Origin: Mizuhopecten yessoensis
Lineage: Eukaryota
Reading direction: 5' to 3'
Assembly: GCF_002113885.1 (NCBI RefSeq)
Contig: NW_018408322.1
Location: 250,878 to 314,877 of the forward strand
DNA length: 64,000 bases
Positions 39,501-53,448 of this stretch are shown piece after piece (positions within the stretch are counted from its first letter, which is position 1; each line of letters opens with the position of its first letter). Both the position numbers and the translations under genes were made by a program. The notes under the pieces are model-generated. The model was given only the letters and a program-made list of their open reading frames with translations. It was not told the origin of the DNA and made no database searches.

Positions 39501-42500
39501 CATTTTGTCATCATTATCGATCGATTAAGGAGAAATGGATTTTGCCATACAGAAGGTGTAAGCATGATTTTTCGACGTTTACTCAAGTAACATAAAGTGC
39601 GTTTAGTCATACTTCCACAAGAGCGGAAGTTTTAATTCGAAAACATTTCTGCATTTAGCGGAAGTGAGCTTTTTGATATACTTCGACAAGTATCGAAGGT
39701 ATTTATTTGAAACATGTGGAAATAACAGATGTATTAATTTTGACATACTTCTACAAATTGCAAAAATACCTTCATAAATAATGGAAGCATGACGTCGAAT
39801 ATACTTCTAACGATTAACAGATGTGCGCACGTTAACATTCTTCGACAAGTAACTGAGATGTAATTTTTAAACCTCTGCAAATAAGAGTTGTATGCAGTTT
39901 GACTTATAATTCCTCAACTTTAGGAGGACCTTCAGAAAAACATGGATGACTTTAAAATGCTCCTATAAACAATGCAACCTTCAGTACACAAGTAGCAATA
40001 AAGTGCATTTAGACATTCTAGAGGAAACACCAGAAGTAAGCTTTATGTCATTATTTTGTTAGCTAAAATATATTGATTCTGATAGAACTGAAGATGATGC
40101 ATCTGTTGTAATTAATGCAAATGTAAACTGCTACTTTTAATGAACTGCGTAAGAAGACTACATGCATTCTATTGCTGTACATAATATAATCTAGTAAGGC
40201 AAATTGAATATCTTGGTTTTTTTTAAAGAATGCAAAATAACCTTACAGAAAACCTACATCCACGAAATATAAGCGATGTAGAGTACGATTTACAGAATGC
40301 GCAGGTGCAGTTTATGAAAACAACATGCGCATGTTCGTATGCATCTGTCTTTAGTAGAGGAATTATGCTACAATTAGGCGGCAAGTGATGGAAGCTTTCC
40401 TATACTCAGATGATTACTTATGCGAGTAGTGGAAAGATCTGGAGAAGGTTTCTGTTTTTATTTCTGTAAGTAGTGAATGTACTGTCTGGTACGCCTGTTA
40501 GTAGTACAAGTCATGCATTTTGAATATTCAATGACAAAAGGACATTGGGTACATATTGTAAATCACTTGTATTTCGTGAGATAATATATACAGCTTTAAG
40601 TTTGCTCAGGGTTATTTTTACATTTTCGTCAAGAAAATTATTCGAGCAATGTAGAAATAGCCTACCGGAAAGGATTTCCGTCCGCATATTTTATCAAAGA
40701 AAAACGTTTATTTTTTTTTATAAACCGTTTGACCCTTTAGGATATTTGCCAGTTAGGTCAACTGTATTATGTACTTTGCATTACTATTTGTGTCGATTTT
40801 TCTTTAATATTAATGCCTGAAAATTAAAACTCCCTCTGGATTGCTGTATTTTCGGTTGAATTCTTCCAGGAAAGAGCGAGAATTCCACTGCCGCTCACAT
40901 TGCCTGCTATATAGTATGTGTTTGCGTAATTGTGCAGCGAACGAGCACAAGTCGCGAGTGTAATTAGTTTAAATAATAACACAGAAAATAAAATTAAATA
41001 TTTGCAAACATTAAGTGATTTATGGACATTTGTAGGACTTCCTGAAGTTTACTTCTGTACTGATATATCGGTAAATGTAATGGACATTTGTAANCCCCCC
41101 CCGCAAAAAAACCCCACCACCCATATGTCTAGCGCAAGAATACATTGTCACAATGTCAGATCACACTTTAAGAAAGAATTTCCATCAATTATATCTGTAT
41201 TTTATTGATAAAGTGCTACTATAATACATTGCACAACTTACGTAGGCTTTTGCATAGAGAACGTGAATTATCAAGGAGAAAATGTGTGAGTGATACATTT
41301 TAACTGATTATTTGATTGTTATGGGACGATACCAGTCTCCGAGATCTTTAAAACAAACTACATTTAAGTGCACATCATTAATTATGTATACTGTTTTTAT
41401 CGACAATAACCCTTTCATCCCATGCAATTTTATGAAACGCTGCAATGCATTGGTCTGGATTAGTCCATTATTTTACTGTTTACATTGTAAAAGGGTTAAA
41501 GTGTGCTAAACAATTTTGTCGGATATGACACTGCGTCGGAAAAGGCATATCCAAAGACAGAAACTGTTTTTCTGAGCCGTAAAATTATCTAATATATTAT
41601 AGATTGTTCTAAAAGTCAGGTATTTGTACTCAAAACAATTTTCTTTTAACTTTCTAAAATCATGTGACACCGTAAAAAAACAGTCTGGAGTAAACATTGA
41701 AAACGGTAAACAGCATTCACTCTATCCAAAATTCTTTTTTTTTTAATCATTAATTTCTCCTCAAAACAAAAAAATGGATTCAGGACAGAATTTTAGCTTG
41801 AGCAGGAGAACATTTTCTTGAATACATGTACAGGTGTCGGTAAAGTCAGGGCCCGTATTCCTATTTGAAAGAGTATTCATGTTCAGGCATGAGTTTTATG
41901 CTCCAACTAACTTTCTTTAAACTGCCTAAATCACGTGACACAGTTTAAAAGGCAAGTGTTAACATTAAAAACGGTATTTGGCTTTAAGCCTCTCCAAATT
42001 TTCCAATCTCTATGTCAAATGTCAATGCCAAAGTGATATTTTCATTAAGTTTAGGCTGAAACCAAAAAAATGAGCTTGAGCACAGAATCTAAGTTTGAGC
42101 ATAAGAACGGTTTCATGAATACGGCTCAGGTTTAAAGCTCAATCATTTTCCTAATTCCGTTGATAAGATATTCAAAAATTACATTATTTCTTACAAAAAC
42201 TTATCGTATTAGTCTGAGTGACAAGCATGAGCATGAGAATAGTTTCGTGAATTCAAGACCAGTTTTGATGTATACTACAGAATGTCATTATAGGAAGGTG
42301 TCAGAAAAAGGAAGGTTTCACTGAACATACACAGAGACATCGTACGTTTGTATTATTTCACTAGGTTTGTATTGATTTCCAGGAGAAACTATTGTTTTTA
42401 TTAATTAATGAAATCTGGACGTTCATAACGGTCTACAACACTGTTCAAGATGTACGCCACACTAAAATATTAATTAATTGTTCTAATATCACTGTTGGCG

Positions 42501-42884
42501 AGAAACCATTTTGTCACACTATAGCGAGAACCTATGGTGCGTTTGATATGTCAAGTTGTCGAATGATAAAGTGCTGAATGATTTTTGTAAGAAATCTTAA
42601 TATGGTAATTAACTATTGGGTCGTGTTTCTCACATATCATTCCCCTAACATTTACAGCTCTTTGTATAATGATGATGGAGTAATTTGACGGATCGTCTGT
42701 TTACTGCCTCGTAATGTCATCACTGTCATAGGTATGACTTACTTGCCGAGGAGACTGTCACGGTCCAGTAGTTCAACTTATACTGCAGGTTTCTCCAGGG
42801 AAAAATTAAGCTCAGGCGCATATTTTACAAGCCTAGTTTTTTAGCCCATTATCATTTCCATGAATGCAAATGCTGAACTATTGG

Positions 42885-43205
42885 TTAAGGTTTTGTTTAG
42901 TTAAAGTGCTTTTAAAATATTTTAAGGACGTGCATCCATGAGTGCAATGTGCGTGTGCTTCTGTGTATGTATGCTGGAGGAATGGTATGTGAGTGTATTT
43001 GCTTCCTTGCGATAGCTTTTTTGTTGAATATTGTTTAACGTCCTATGAACAGCTAAGATCATTTAAGGACGTGCCTCCGATTGTTTAGTATATACGTACT
43101 TGCGTGTGTGTATGCAGGAGACAGGGTATGTTGGTGGGCTTGCCTCCTTGCGATAGCGCGGATCTGGTTCCGACTTTAGAATGATACCTTACTGAAATAC
43201 AATGC
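42885..43205 (-). mobile_element. Two tandem SINE remnants sharing the 3' tail of the V-SINE family but with a different body
   Basis: Reverse strand ggcacgtccttaaatgatcttagctgttcataggacgttaaacaa; the duplicated body includes cttgcgatagc. Confidence 0.5.
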
Positions 43206-46091
43206 ATGATATCTTATTCTTGGTTTTACTACCAATAGTCTGTATATGTCCATGCTGTCTTCCATCTTTGTCCTCAGTGCCTATTCTGGTCTTTTCATAT
43301 CGCCTTAGATTTTGTCTTTCTTTGTTGAAAAGGTGGTATGTTTTATTCCTTACTTGAGTACATTCTTTGTAGCTGATACAAAAATAGAGAAGACACTTAA
43401 AGCATGGAACAAAAAACGCCAAAGGTCAAACGTTAATGTATTAATGTGTTCACCACAGCATCAACAGAAAGAAACAAAATATGAAGTCATAGCCAAAAAA
43501 CAAAATGAAAGAAATCGTACACCTCCAAAAATACAAGAAAAATAAGGTGTTCTGGGATGATAAATGTTTCAGTCACCATATAAATGTATGCGAAGAAGAT
43601 AGCGATCCTAGAAGTGTGCTATTTCAAAATGCATGCAAGCAAGTGAACTTTCTGTCATTATTTTGATAATCATAAAAAACACCACCGCTGTTGTTCTTCT
43701 AAAATTTTAATAACTGATTATATCGATGGCATGTTGACATCAAAATATATATTGATGGTAATGTGGACAAATATGCGCTATCTGTGATGTCGCTGTAGTG
43801 CTTTTTTATTTTCGGGGCTGAAAGCATAAATCTAAATAATGCTTAATATAGTTTGTTTTATATATGTCTAGGACATTCAGAAAACAATCTGTTTTTTAGC
43901 CTGACAGAAACATGACACGCATGGTAACATATAGGTCACTTGTTACTTATAATAGATACCATATGCTGTAGTTGTGATAAGTATGAATACAAACGACTTG
44001 TCAGCGAGAGGTAGCTGGTCTATCAATCAAGGCTGACCTCTCGCTAACCTGTCAAAGATTACAACCAAACTGATTAGTTTGATGAGCTATGATGAATATT
44101 ATTGATACCCGTACCTATCTTAAGTGACTGGTTTGTGAAATGACTGAAATGCCGCACAAATCTACGCTCTGAGGGAAAAAAATGCTTTTTCTTTCCAAAA
44201 TAACGCTAAGAAGTATGCGCCATTTCGTGGTATTTCAATGCCACATTATTATGTTGAAATAAGACGTCATTGCCAGCTCATTTCAGATTTGACATAGCGA
44301 TTTTAATGATACGCATATTATTATTATTTTTTATATTATATAGGTGAATGAATTTGTGAAACGTTTTTAATAGCTATAGCAAATCGTAGTTATCATCCCA
44401 AACAGCTGTACTATTTTTAAAGGACCATTTCTCATGATGCTTTGGAGGTTTTGAAATCAAGTAAGAAAAGAAAATCCAAATACATGTCTCTCAAAATACT
44501 ATTGGGGCAACGGGCTTTTGTGGCTTTTGCACGCTAGTATATGCCCTCTGACAAACAGATAAAAACAACCAAATATGGCAATGTTTGACTTCCAGTTTAC
44601 CGGTGGGTGTCGCGGTAGCCTCTTCTTACATATAATGAATGAATGGATGAGCGAAATTCAACTCTGTAAAACTTAGGAAAACGAAATAATATGTAAATGG
44701 TTCTCTCACAATGGCGTTTTTAAAGTTGTTTCAGCTGATTACTTTTTTAATGGTTTTTTTTTTAGTTTGCATTTAAGCTACAAATAGAATATAAATAGTA
44801 ATGAATAAGAAGCAATATCAATGTGTTTGGATAAACTTTAAAATACAATCGCTATCGGTTATAATAAAACTCTCCAATGCCACGAGGTATCGCCGTGTGT
44901 TATACTGATCCACTTTCAAATATATGGTTTTATTTTATCTGTTTAGTCGCCGTCTTCTTGTGAACTTCATAAAGGAGACAGATTTACATAAGTTTCAAAG
45001 ATTTTTCTGAATCCTTGTTGCATAAAATGTTTTGTTATGAAATGTTATTGTGAAATAAAATAAAGTTTAAATCAAATATAGGGTTGTCAAGCATTGCCGT
45101 TCCTCAACGTGCAGTATCAAGCGTTTACAAAGGTAAATAAAATAACCCATATCATTTAAGTGATAGGCGATGGTTGTTTGACCGAATATTAGAATTATAA
45201 CTACTAATCACGGCATCTGTTGAAGTCGATATTTTCATAAATATAATTAAACTCCAGCTCCCGATTGCAAACAGCTTGGTTAGTGTTTAACCAGTCGCTA
45301 GGAAAAAACCCAAATATGGAAGCAACAACATGCAGAGCTCCTGATATCACTACTGTAGATCTGTTGAGATAGATAAGATTGATGTGTTTTGATGAACTAT
45401 TTTGCTTTCAAAGCACTTGTTTTTCGGAGGAAACTTTTTGAATTATTTCACTAACCACTGGTTAAAGTAAACCAACCATTGATCAAACCCTGACCCGAGC
45501 TTCATTGATACCTTAAGAATAATTATATCGTTTAATCTCTTTCAAATAATAAATTAAAGAGTGTCGAAAACTTTTGCCGTGTCTTAGTTTAGTCATTGAT
45601 GGATTGTGTGTCGTGTACTTACATGACATATTCTATTATTTAAAACATAAGGCGCTTCCAGATATCATCAAATGCATATTTAATTTGTTATAAAGATACC
45701 TTACTAGTTGTTTTGTTACTAAAAACGTTTCAGACGAACGATATGCAAGATCCCTTTATAAGAAAGCGCATTCACAGTCCGTTTTTGTAACACAAATGAA
45801 AAGATAAAAGGAAAGGAATTGCATTATTTTCATTTTTGTTGGACATAAATTAAACTTCACATTAGAATTCGTTGTTCCTTTGCTTTACATCTTTAAATAA
45901 GGATCGCATGGATGTTTTTCATGCATTATTCATGATAATCAAGCTAGTCTAATAAAAGTCATCTACATGTATTTAGGTTGTTCATTTATAGTCAATACTG
46001 AGTTATGAGGAGAATAATATTGTGGTTTGCCCATATCAGTACACTTAATTTTACGAAGTAGCTATTCTGTACCTATTATTGAAGACATTAA

Positions 46092-46226
46092 GGATTCATA
46101 TCCCACAGCAGAAAAAAACAATAGAGAACTCCGCTGTAGGTTTTCGTTAATAGAGTAACCTCCCCTTATATTTTGTATTTTTTTTCCAAAAGAGTTCCGA
46201 AAATAATGAAAGTGGAACAGGAATCC
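46092..46226. mobile_element. TTAA-flanked MITE (Kolobok/piggyBac-type TSD)
   Basis: ttaa|ggattcatatcccac ... gtggaacaggaatcc|ttaa; the body is homologous (inverted) to 49490-49573. Confidence 0.6.
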
Positions 46227-47374
46227 TTAAATCGCTTTTTGCTCAAATGTTTTGTGTCTTACGCAATGTATGAACGTGTTTTTATTATAACGCTTGAATT
46301 TGCTATCAATGTTTTAAGAAACTTTACGTGAAAATGATCCTCACGCTAAAATTCAGTAATCGGTGTTGTCAATTTTTGATTTTGATTTGTAAAATTTGTC
46401 TGATTATATCTATAAAACCAACTTTTTATTTCCCCTTTTTAGTACGATTTGGAGTCACATAAAACGTTTGTTGTTACTTTGTTCTGACGTAATATTCTTC
46501 ATACATGGAGTGTTAAATTTTACCAGAACGAAATCGCTCGATCTTTTAAACCAACTTTTTTTTTATAAATAATTTTCAATTAGCATGATTTGGATCACAT
46601 GGTAGAAATATCATGATATATACAGCGTGTGGTGTTTACTTGTTCTGGCCTTATATTGCATTTGATAAAAATGTAAAATTTTCGAGAAAAATAATAATAA
46701 AAATAATACCAAATCCTAAATTAAATCATTTTCGAATGCTTCCCTATTTTCGCAAAATTATGAAACTATGGACACCCTAATCTTACCAGTTATTTTCAAA
46801 TCATAAATTATGTCGCTACACAAGGAGATAATTAGTAACGCCTTCAATCGAGATTGATTTGACAGCATGCATATCACTATTTGACTAAGCTTGACCCAAA
46901 TGACATTTGGCGATTTATTTGCGCTTAAGAAGTGCTCAGGTATGCAATTTAAACAAAGAAGCATTGAAACATAACTGATTAACAGGTTATAAGAAGATGG
47001 GTTGAGGAGGTGCAACCATTTGTAAGTGCAAGTTAATTAATCATTGGTGACAGCTAGATGCTACTGATACAACGATTGTTTTTAAGCAGGTCAGTGCTGG
47101 ATGACTGTTAGAAATGTGTATGAGTACTCTGACTTCTGTGTGTGTCAGATATTTTTGATATACCTTTACTTTTTCTTATCTATTCAAAAGTAATTAATTG
47201 ATTTGACTTCATCCTCGGCCTTGATCTTGATTTCATTGATCAGGCAATTAGTCGTTTATCAACCGTATACTAGTCTGAAAAACTAAATCATCCTTTCAGA
47301 CTGACTCTCTCGGTATTTTTCGGGGTCACTCGGCGATTTCCGGTACACCACAAAGGAAATGGCTGAGTCAATCA

Positions 47375-47894
47375 GGTCACGTTACAATCACACATATGCT
47401 ATATTGATATGGGTCACAACACACATTAAACATACACAAGGGAAGAAGCTTCGTCAGAGCACTACCGGTACTGCCAAATTTCAAATGAAGATTTTCAACA
47501 CTTACTTTTGTTATTTTTTCCAGGGATCTACGGCGATAGCTTCGATTTGAATTGTAATTAAATAATCCATCATGATTAATTGTGTAATCATTCGGATCAA
47601 GCACCTTTTCGGAGAATTTGCAGTTTTACCGCCATGATTAACTTGAACCTGACCCGGAAATGATGAGGGCTTTTCGACATGTCTTTTTACCATACTGCCA
47701 AATACTAAAGAAAGTCCCATGCCCCCCGAAGCTATCGCGCAGATCCAAGGAAAAAATAACAAAAGTAAGTGTTGAAAATCTTCATTTGAAATTTGGCGGT
47801 ACCGGTAGTACTCTGACGAAGCTTCTTCCCTTGTGTATGTTTATGTGTGTTGTGACCCATATCAGTATAGCATATGTGTGATTGTAACGTGACC
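47375..47894. mobile_element. ~520-bp foldback/MITE with ~170-bp near-perfect TIRs
   Basis: 47375-47544 is the reverse complement of 47727-47894 with few mismatches; no clear TSD. Confidence 0.85.
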
Positions 47895-48383
47895 CTATGA
47901 TCAGGTGAAAGGTATTTGTAGCTTGCACCGACCTAGCCCCTTCCAGCTGGTATCTTTCGGCGCAGACGATATTGAAAAGACTCCCAATAGGTTTCGGAAA
48001 TTGCAGTTAAATTGACTTTAAGAATATCTATGAGTTTGGTTCGGTATAATAAAACAGTTAAAGTAATGGCTTCGCCTCGGGAGATAGACCTTGTCTCGTA
48101 GAACCAAAAGCGTTCTATCTCCCTCCAGCGAATATTTTTAACTGTAAACCGTGAGTCATATCGTTAGGTGTTGCTGGAACTCCCGACCTTATGTCGTGTG
48201 TTAATCCTTTGAGACATAAAGTAATGAAGATACTAATGAACCTCCCGTCCGTTGACAACAGGTTATGGGTGAAAGATATAACAGATTATCCTCCTTTTCT
48301 CAATGCTTAAGTGTTGGCTATTGCGGAATTATTGTAGTAAACAAACATTAGATAATATTGAGTTTGCTATAGGTCCCATACGT

Positions 48384-48532
48384 AATATGCTGCTGTTATC
48401 GCACATCCCCTCGGTTAGCTTGTGACTGAAGGCTACTTATTGTAAAAACATCATCTTGAAAACGCGATGTCAAGTGAATTAAAATAAATAATACAATCTT
48501 ACCGAGGGGATATGCGATAACAGCAGAATATT
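48384..48532. repeat. Inverted repeat (~33-bp arms), MITE-like
   Basis: aatatgctgctgttatcgcacatcccctcggt / accgaggggatatgcgataacagcagaatatt. Confidence 0.65.
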
Positions 48533-49213
48533 TCAGGAGTGCTTACTGTTTTGTTGTTATCGTATTTTATGTTGTAGTCTTGCTTCATAGTGGCCGTTTA
48601 TCTTCGTTCCATGCTGTGATATGTTAGTGGTTATAATTGCCCTAACAATGATAAGTTCCTTTGTCTGCACTGTCGTTAATACTTCTTTGCTTGTTATTTT
48701 TGAGTTATATATTATATATTCCTGATATCTTTGATTTAGGTCAAAGTTCTATCTCCTTTATCATTTCAGTTAACGTTTATTGTTCATTTGGAATCATATT
48801 GGCAAGATCAGTATATCTATTCGTGTAGACATTAGATATTTTTCGTCAATAATTGTGCACATTCCAATTTAAGCAACAAAGCTATTTTAGCACTTCATTA
48901 TGCTAACTACTAAATATGTAGAAGCATTGTACTTCTGCTAGTAATTGATTGTTGTAGCGCTCAATCATGAGGCACGTAACGTGAAAATGGTCACTGAGGC
49001 GCGGAAACATGTGTCCGCTTAAGAAATTTAAAGTGATTAATTAACTCCTAATAATAAATAAATTAAAATATATTTCTTATTGTTTAACTGTTTTAGAAGA
49101 TAAACATAACACACACACACCGGTGAGGGCACCTTTAACATTTAGTAAGACGCAGTAAACAAAAAAGGAATTACACTGCGATTTTCTTAAAGTAAGGCAG
49201 TATATCTTTTTAA

Positions 49214-49573
49214 GGATCCCCGTACCACTGCCATAAACTGTAACCGTGTGGATCAGAAACTTTTTTTCCGGCATGACTGTACCTTTGTTAAATAATTTCT
49301 GAAACGATTGGAATTTTATGGAGAAAAAAAATCGAGACATAATGTTAAATAAAATCAGTAAAAGTGTTCGAAATGTAACAATTCGGCATGACTAGAAGAG
49401 GATTCCAACCCTGGTTCGGGATTGCGATATTGCATGAACTACCTAGTCAACGGAAGTCTCCTGTTCCAAATGTGCTACAGTTCTATGAAAAACGAAATTA
49501 AGGGGAGGTTACTGTTTATACGAAAAATCAAGGTGGAATTCACTATACATTTGCCTGCAGTGGGACAGGATAT
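49214..49573. mobile_element. TTAA-flanked MITE, same family as 46092-46226
   Basis: ttaa|ggatccccgtaccactgc ... gcagtgggacaggatat|ttaa. Confidence 0.55.
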
Positions 49574-50419
49574 TTAAGCATACGATCCATCAACACAATA
49601 GGGCAATCGGGAACCATCGGCACTTTCCGTAAACGACGGTTTCCGATCGCACAACAAGGTAATTTGGGCAAAACGTTAGGTACGAAAATTGGAGAGACAG
49701 TTGTAGTTTATGAAGGTAGAAAACAAAAAGAAAGAATCCCAGTTACAACAAGAAGGCGAATAAAACGTCGGTATGTTAAAGAAAATGTTAAAACATTAAC
49801 TCTTTTTAGAATAAAAGGACGAAGAAAGTATAAATCATACGCTGTTCAGGTTTAACCTTGAGGACATAATAAAGAACGTTTTTCTTCTGCTTGATCAAAC
49901 ACTAGTGTCTCATCAATAACACTTATCATTTAAATGTCAGCCTTTTCTGCTCTAAGCATGACAGCTTGGCCAGACCTGACATTTAGCGCGGGCTTAACAT
50001 ATGTAGAACAGAGAAGTTTACCCTGTCAAAGTATATAACATGCTGCCATATGTTTTTGCAGTCAATATTCATAAAAGTTTGAATAGTGTTTTACTTCTCT
50101 GAAATTGTGCAGGTTGCGAAATGTGGTTTATAAAAAAAGAGCCAGTACTTTTGCAACGAATTTCCCCACGGCCATTCAACATTGTTAACATACAATTGCA
50201 TGTCTGAATATCAAGGTTCTGTCGGTGGCAGTACCTTAAAATACAAACTAACACTACGATTTAGGATATGTATTTTTTTTAAATTTATAACTAATTTAAA
50301 TTTATATACAACTATGTTAAAGTCAATTGACAAATGATAAATCGAAATGAACGGGAAGACAATTTAAACATGCGTACGAATTATGGTAACACATACGTGT
50401 CGTATACTTTGTATTATGC

Positions 50420-50885
50420 ATGTTTCACGATAAAACTATCGATATTCTGCCATCCCCGTAAAAGAAATACGGTATTCAGTGGAAAACCATTCAATAACGC
50501 ATTTAGTTGTGTATTACGTACATGTAGATTACACTATTAAAATACCGATATTCTACCATACTCGTGAAATGTATATGGTATTTAATGGGAAACCATTAAA
50601 TATCCTTTATATATGGTGTAGAACGAATATTTCACTATTAAAATATCGATATTCTGCCATTCTTGTAAAAATAAATGGTATTCAATGGGAAACCACCATT
50701 TCATATCCTCCATATATTGTGAATAACGTATGTTTCATGATATTCTGCCAAACTCGTAACAATATATGGTATTCAATGGGAAATCATTAACTATCATTAA
50801 TATCTTGTGTATTACGTACGTTCTACGATACAAATATCGATATTCTGCCAGCTCGTAAATTATATATGGTATTCAATGGACAAAC
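50420..50885. repeat. Degenerate ~100-bp tandem repeat, ~5 copies
   Basis: Recurring gatattctgcca...tggtattcaatgggaaacc. Confidence 0.75.
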
Positions 50886-52709
50886 TTACAAATAGTCTTT
50901 ATTGGCTGTATACGGGGAGAGGGGTAGGTCGTGTTGGCAGAAAAGTACAAAATAACGGTTTAGGGAAGGTAACCCTTCCTTTATAGTCCTCAAGAAGAGG
51001 GTAAGAGCAAACAGATATGAAGTTTGTACTCCCTTTTTCATAAGTCCAAGGTCTGTCACTGGCTAGTATTTGCTTCAATGCCATGATAATTTAGCGACCT
51101 ACAAATGTCGCTTTTCTATCGGACTAATTACAAATGTCCTGTAGAGACACACAGGTGCCTTTTTGCTGCCTCCGGCTCATTATTGTTTTAAATATCAGAT
51201 TGATAATTTTTCAATTTATGCATTTCCCGTTTAATAATATAACTGTTCTATGAGCTCCTGTTGAGGTGTCTTGATAATGAGCAGTTTGGTCCGAAACAAA
51301 TTGACAACCTTCTATTGTCTACACTGTTGCATTTACTAGTATTTCCTTGTACTTATTACAATTCATTTAGAAGACTAATATATTTACAAATTATGGAGAC
51401 TTGAATTCTGAACAAACGTGTTTGAGAAACTCTTTTACTGTATATCAAAATATTGAAATGCTCTAATACTGACATTTTGGAAATCGATGAAAATAACTTT
51501 GAAAAATACTCACAAAATATCATCTTTATACAGGAACAAATGGCCATGGCTGGAGGCGTATCTGTGATTGTGAGTTAAGCAGCAGGGAAATCTGTTGTAG
51601 AAACGAGGGCCATGAACGAAGCTTAACGTACCTTCAACTGAAACCAAATAATGAATATCTGTTAGTCATTATCTGTTTTTCATCAACATAGGAAGATTAG
51701 GATCAAAAGAATGACCTAAATGGAAAAACCATCGTCATCAAACGTGGCGCCCTGTTATATTTTAGTTATGGGAGATATGGACGCTAAAGTTAGTGTGAAC
51801 ACTACTTATATTGAGGATGTGAAAGGACAATAAGGTGTTGGGTTCTGAAACAATAAGGGTGAAGGAATGATGGATTATTATGCATTACAGACTGGTTATA
51901 GGAGGCATAACAGTTCCTTATATTGAGTTAAATATATTAACATGGACCTGTCCAAATAGGAAAGTGAAAAATGGGATAAACAACATGATAAGTCGTAAAT
52001 GGGGAATATCACTGCAGGATTTAGTCTGCGAAGAGGGTCGCATTTTACCTATACTAGATATTGGAAACAGGTAAATCGTGGGCGGACAAAATTGAAGGTC
52101 GTTTGACATAAAAAATAAATAAATAAAAGGAAGTTCTGTGTAGAGAGGAGGAGCAGGTTTACAATATTAGGATGCTGTAAAAAAAGAAAATTTGACGAGT
52201 GGAAATGTTCACGTTGACACTGATATTTGTGCTATATATATGTAATAAAAAAATTTTTTATAAGTATTTGCATATGATATTTTCGCACTTATTTACTCGC
52301 TTAAAAAAAAAAAAAATTTACACACCGCATACATTTCCAGTATTTGGGAACGAGAATGGATGAACCGTGGGGAAACATCAGTAGTGCTTATTCTGGCATG
52401 AGTGTGTATTTGACAAATCTGGGACATTGTTGAGGACAGGAAATAGTGAAACAACAGCTGCAACACACAGGAACAAAACGGATCAATGCTAACGTAGTTT
52501 CAGAACTTAACGGAAGTAAAAGTAAGCGCAAGGGTTGTCCCAAAAAAACCGACGCATAAAGATGGCAGAAATAGCTTCATAAAGAGGGATCTTGAAGATT
52601 CTACATACATTCACCAGACAGCTATGTGTGGGAAAATACTTCAAGTATTAAGTATCAAGGACAAAAATGAAAAACATCAAGCTAACAAAATAGAAAGAAA
52701 GGAACGGTT

Positions 52710-52757
52710 ATCATCATCGTCGTCGCCGCCGTCGTCGTAATCATCGTCGTCGTCGTG

Positions 52758-52819
<62 letters not shown>

Positions 52820-52950
52820 TATCCTCCTTATCATCTTCATCATCTTCATCATCATCGTCTTCATCATTAATAAGTTCATTTCGATAATAAAGGGAAAAAC
52901 GATTATCATCCTCATTATTATCGTCATCGTCGTCGTCATTATCATAACCA
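52710..52950. repeat. Compound (ATC)n/(GTC)n microsatellite
   Basis: More than 20 uninterrupted ATC units at ~52757-52820, with degenerate flanks. Confidence 0.95.
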
Positions 52951-53448
52951 TCATTTCTGGTAACCTACCTGTATCTAAAGCGTAATACCAAAAGCGTGAC
53001 TATATATAATTTACCTAACTGTTGTTTTGCAAACATGCGACATTATCTGTAACTCGAATGCACGTATTTCAAACCAGGCGTTGACTTTAGAGGCTATCTT
53101 AGCTGACCTGTACATGTATATTTAAACCTTTTCTCACGCCCAATATTGTTTTCCGTGAGCAACTTGTTACCGTATCAATAACCGACTCGTCTGACAACGG
53201 CAACTTACCTCGGCACAAATGCATTTTATAACACCAATGTTGCGTGGTATGTATTTCAGCTACATATCATGTACACACGAGTAGACCGGCAGATAAATTA
53301 GAACACAATGTAACAGTTTTATATGCAGGTCTACACGAGTCAAGGTTGATCACGTTTATCTTTTACAATCCGTAACTATTTAATCTAGTTTGTCACCTCA
53401 GCCGCCTGAGAAACGTACGTCTGTTTTAGTCGTTCCAACAAATGCACA

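Noticed and set aside
52682-52985. Poly-Met and poly-Ile ORFs
   Set aside because: Translations of the (ATC)n microsatellite.
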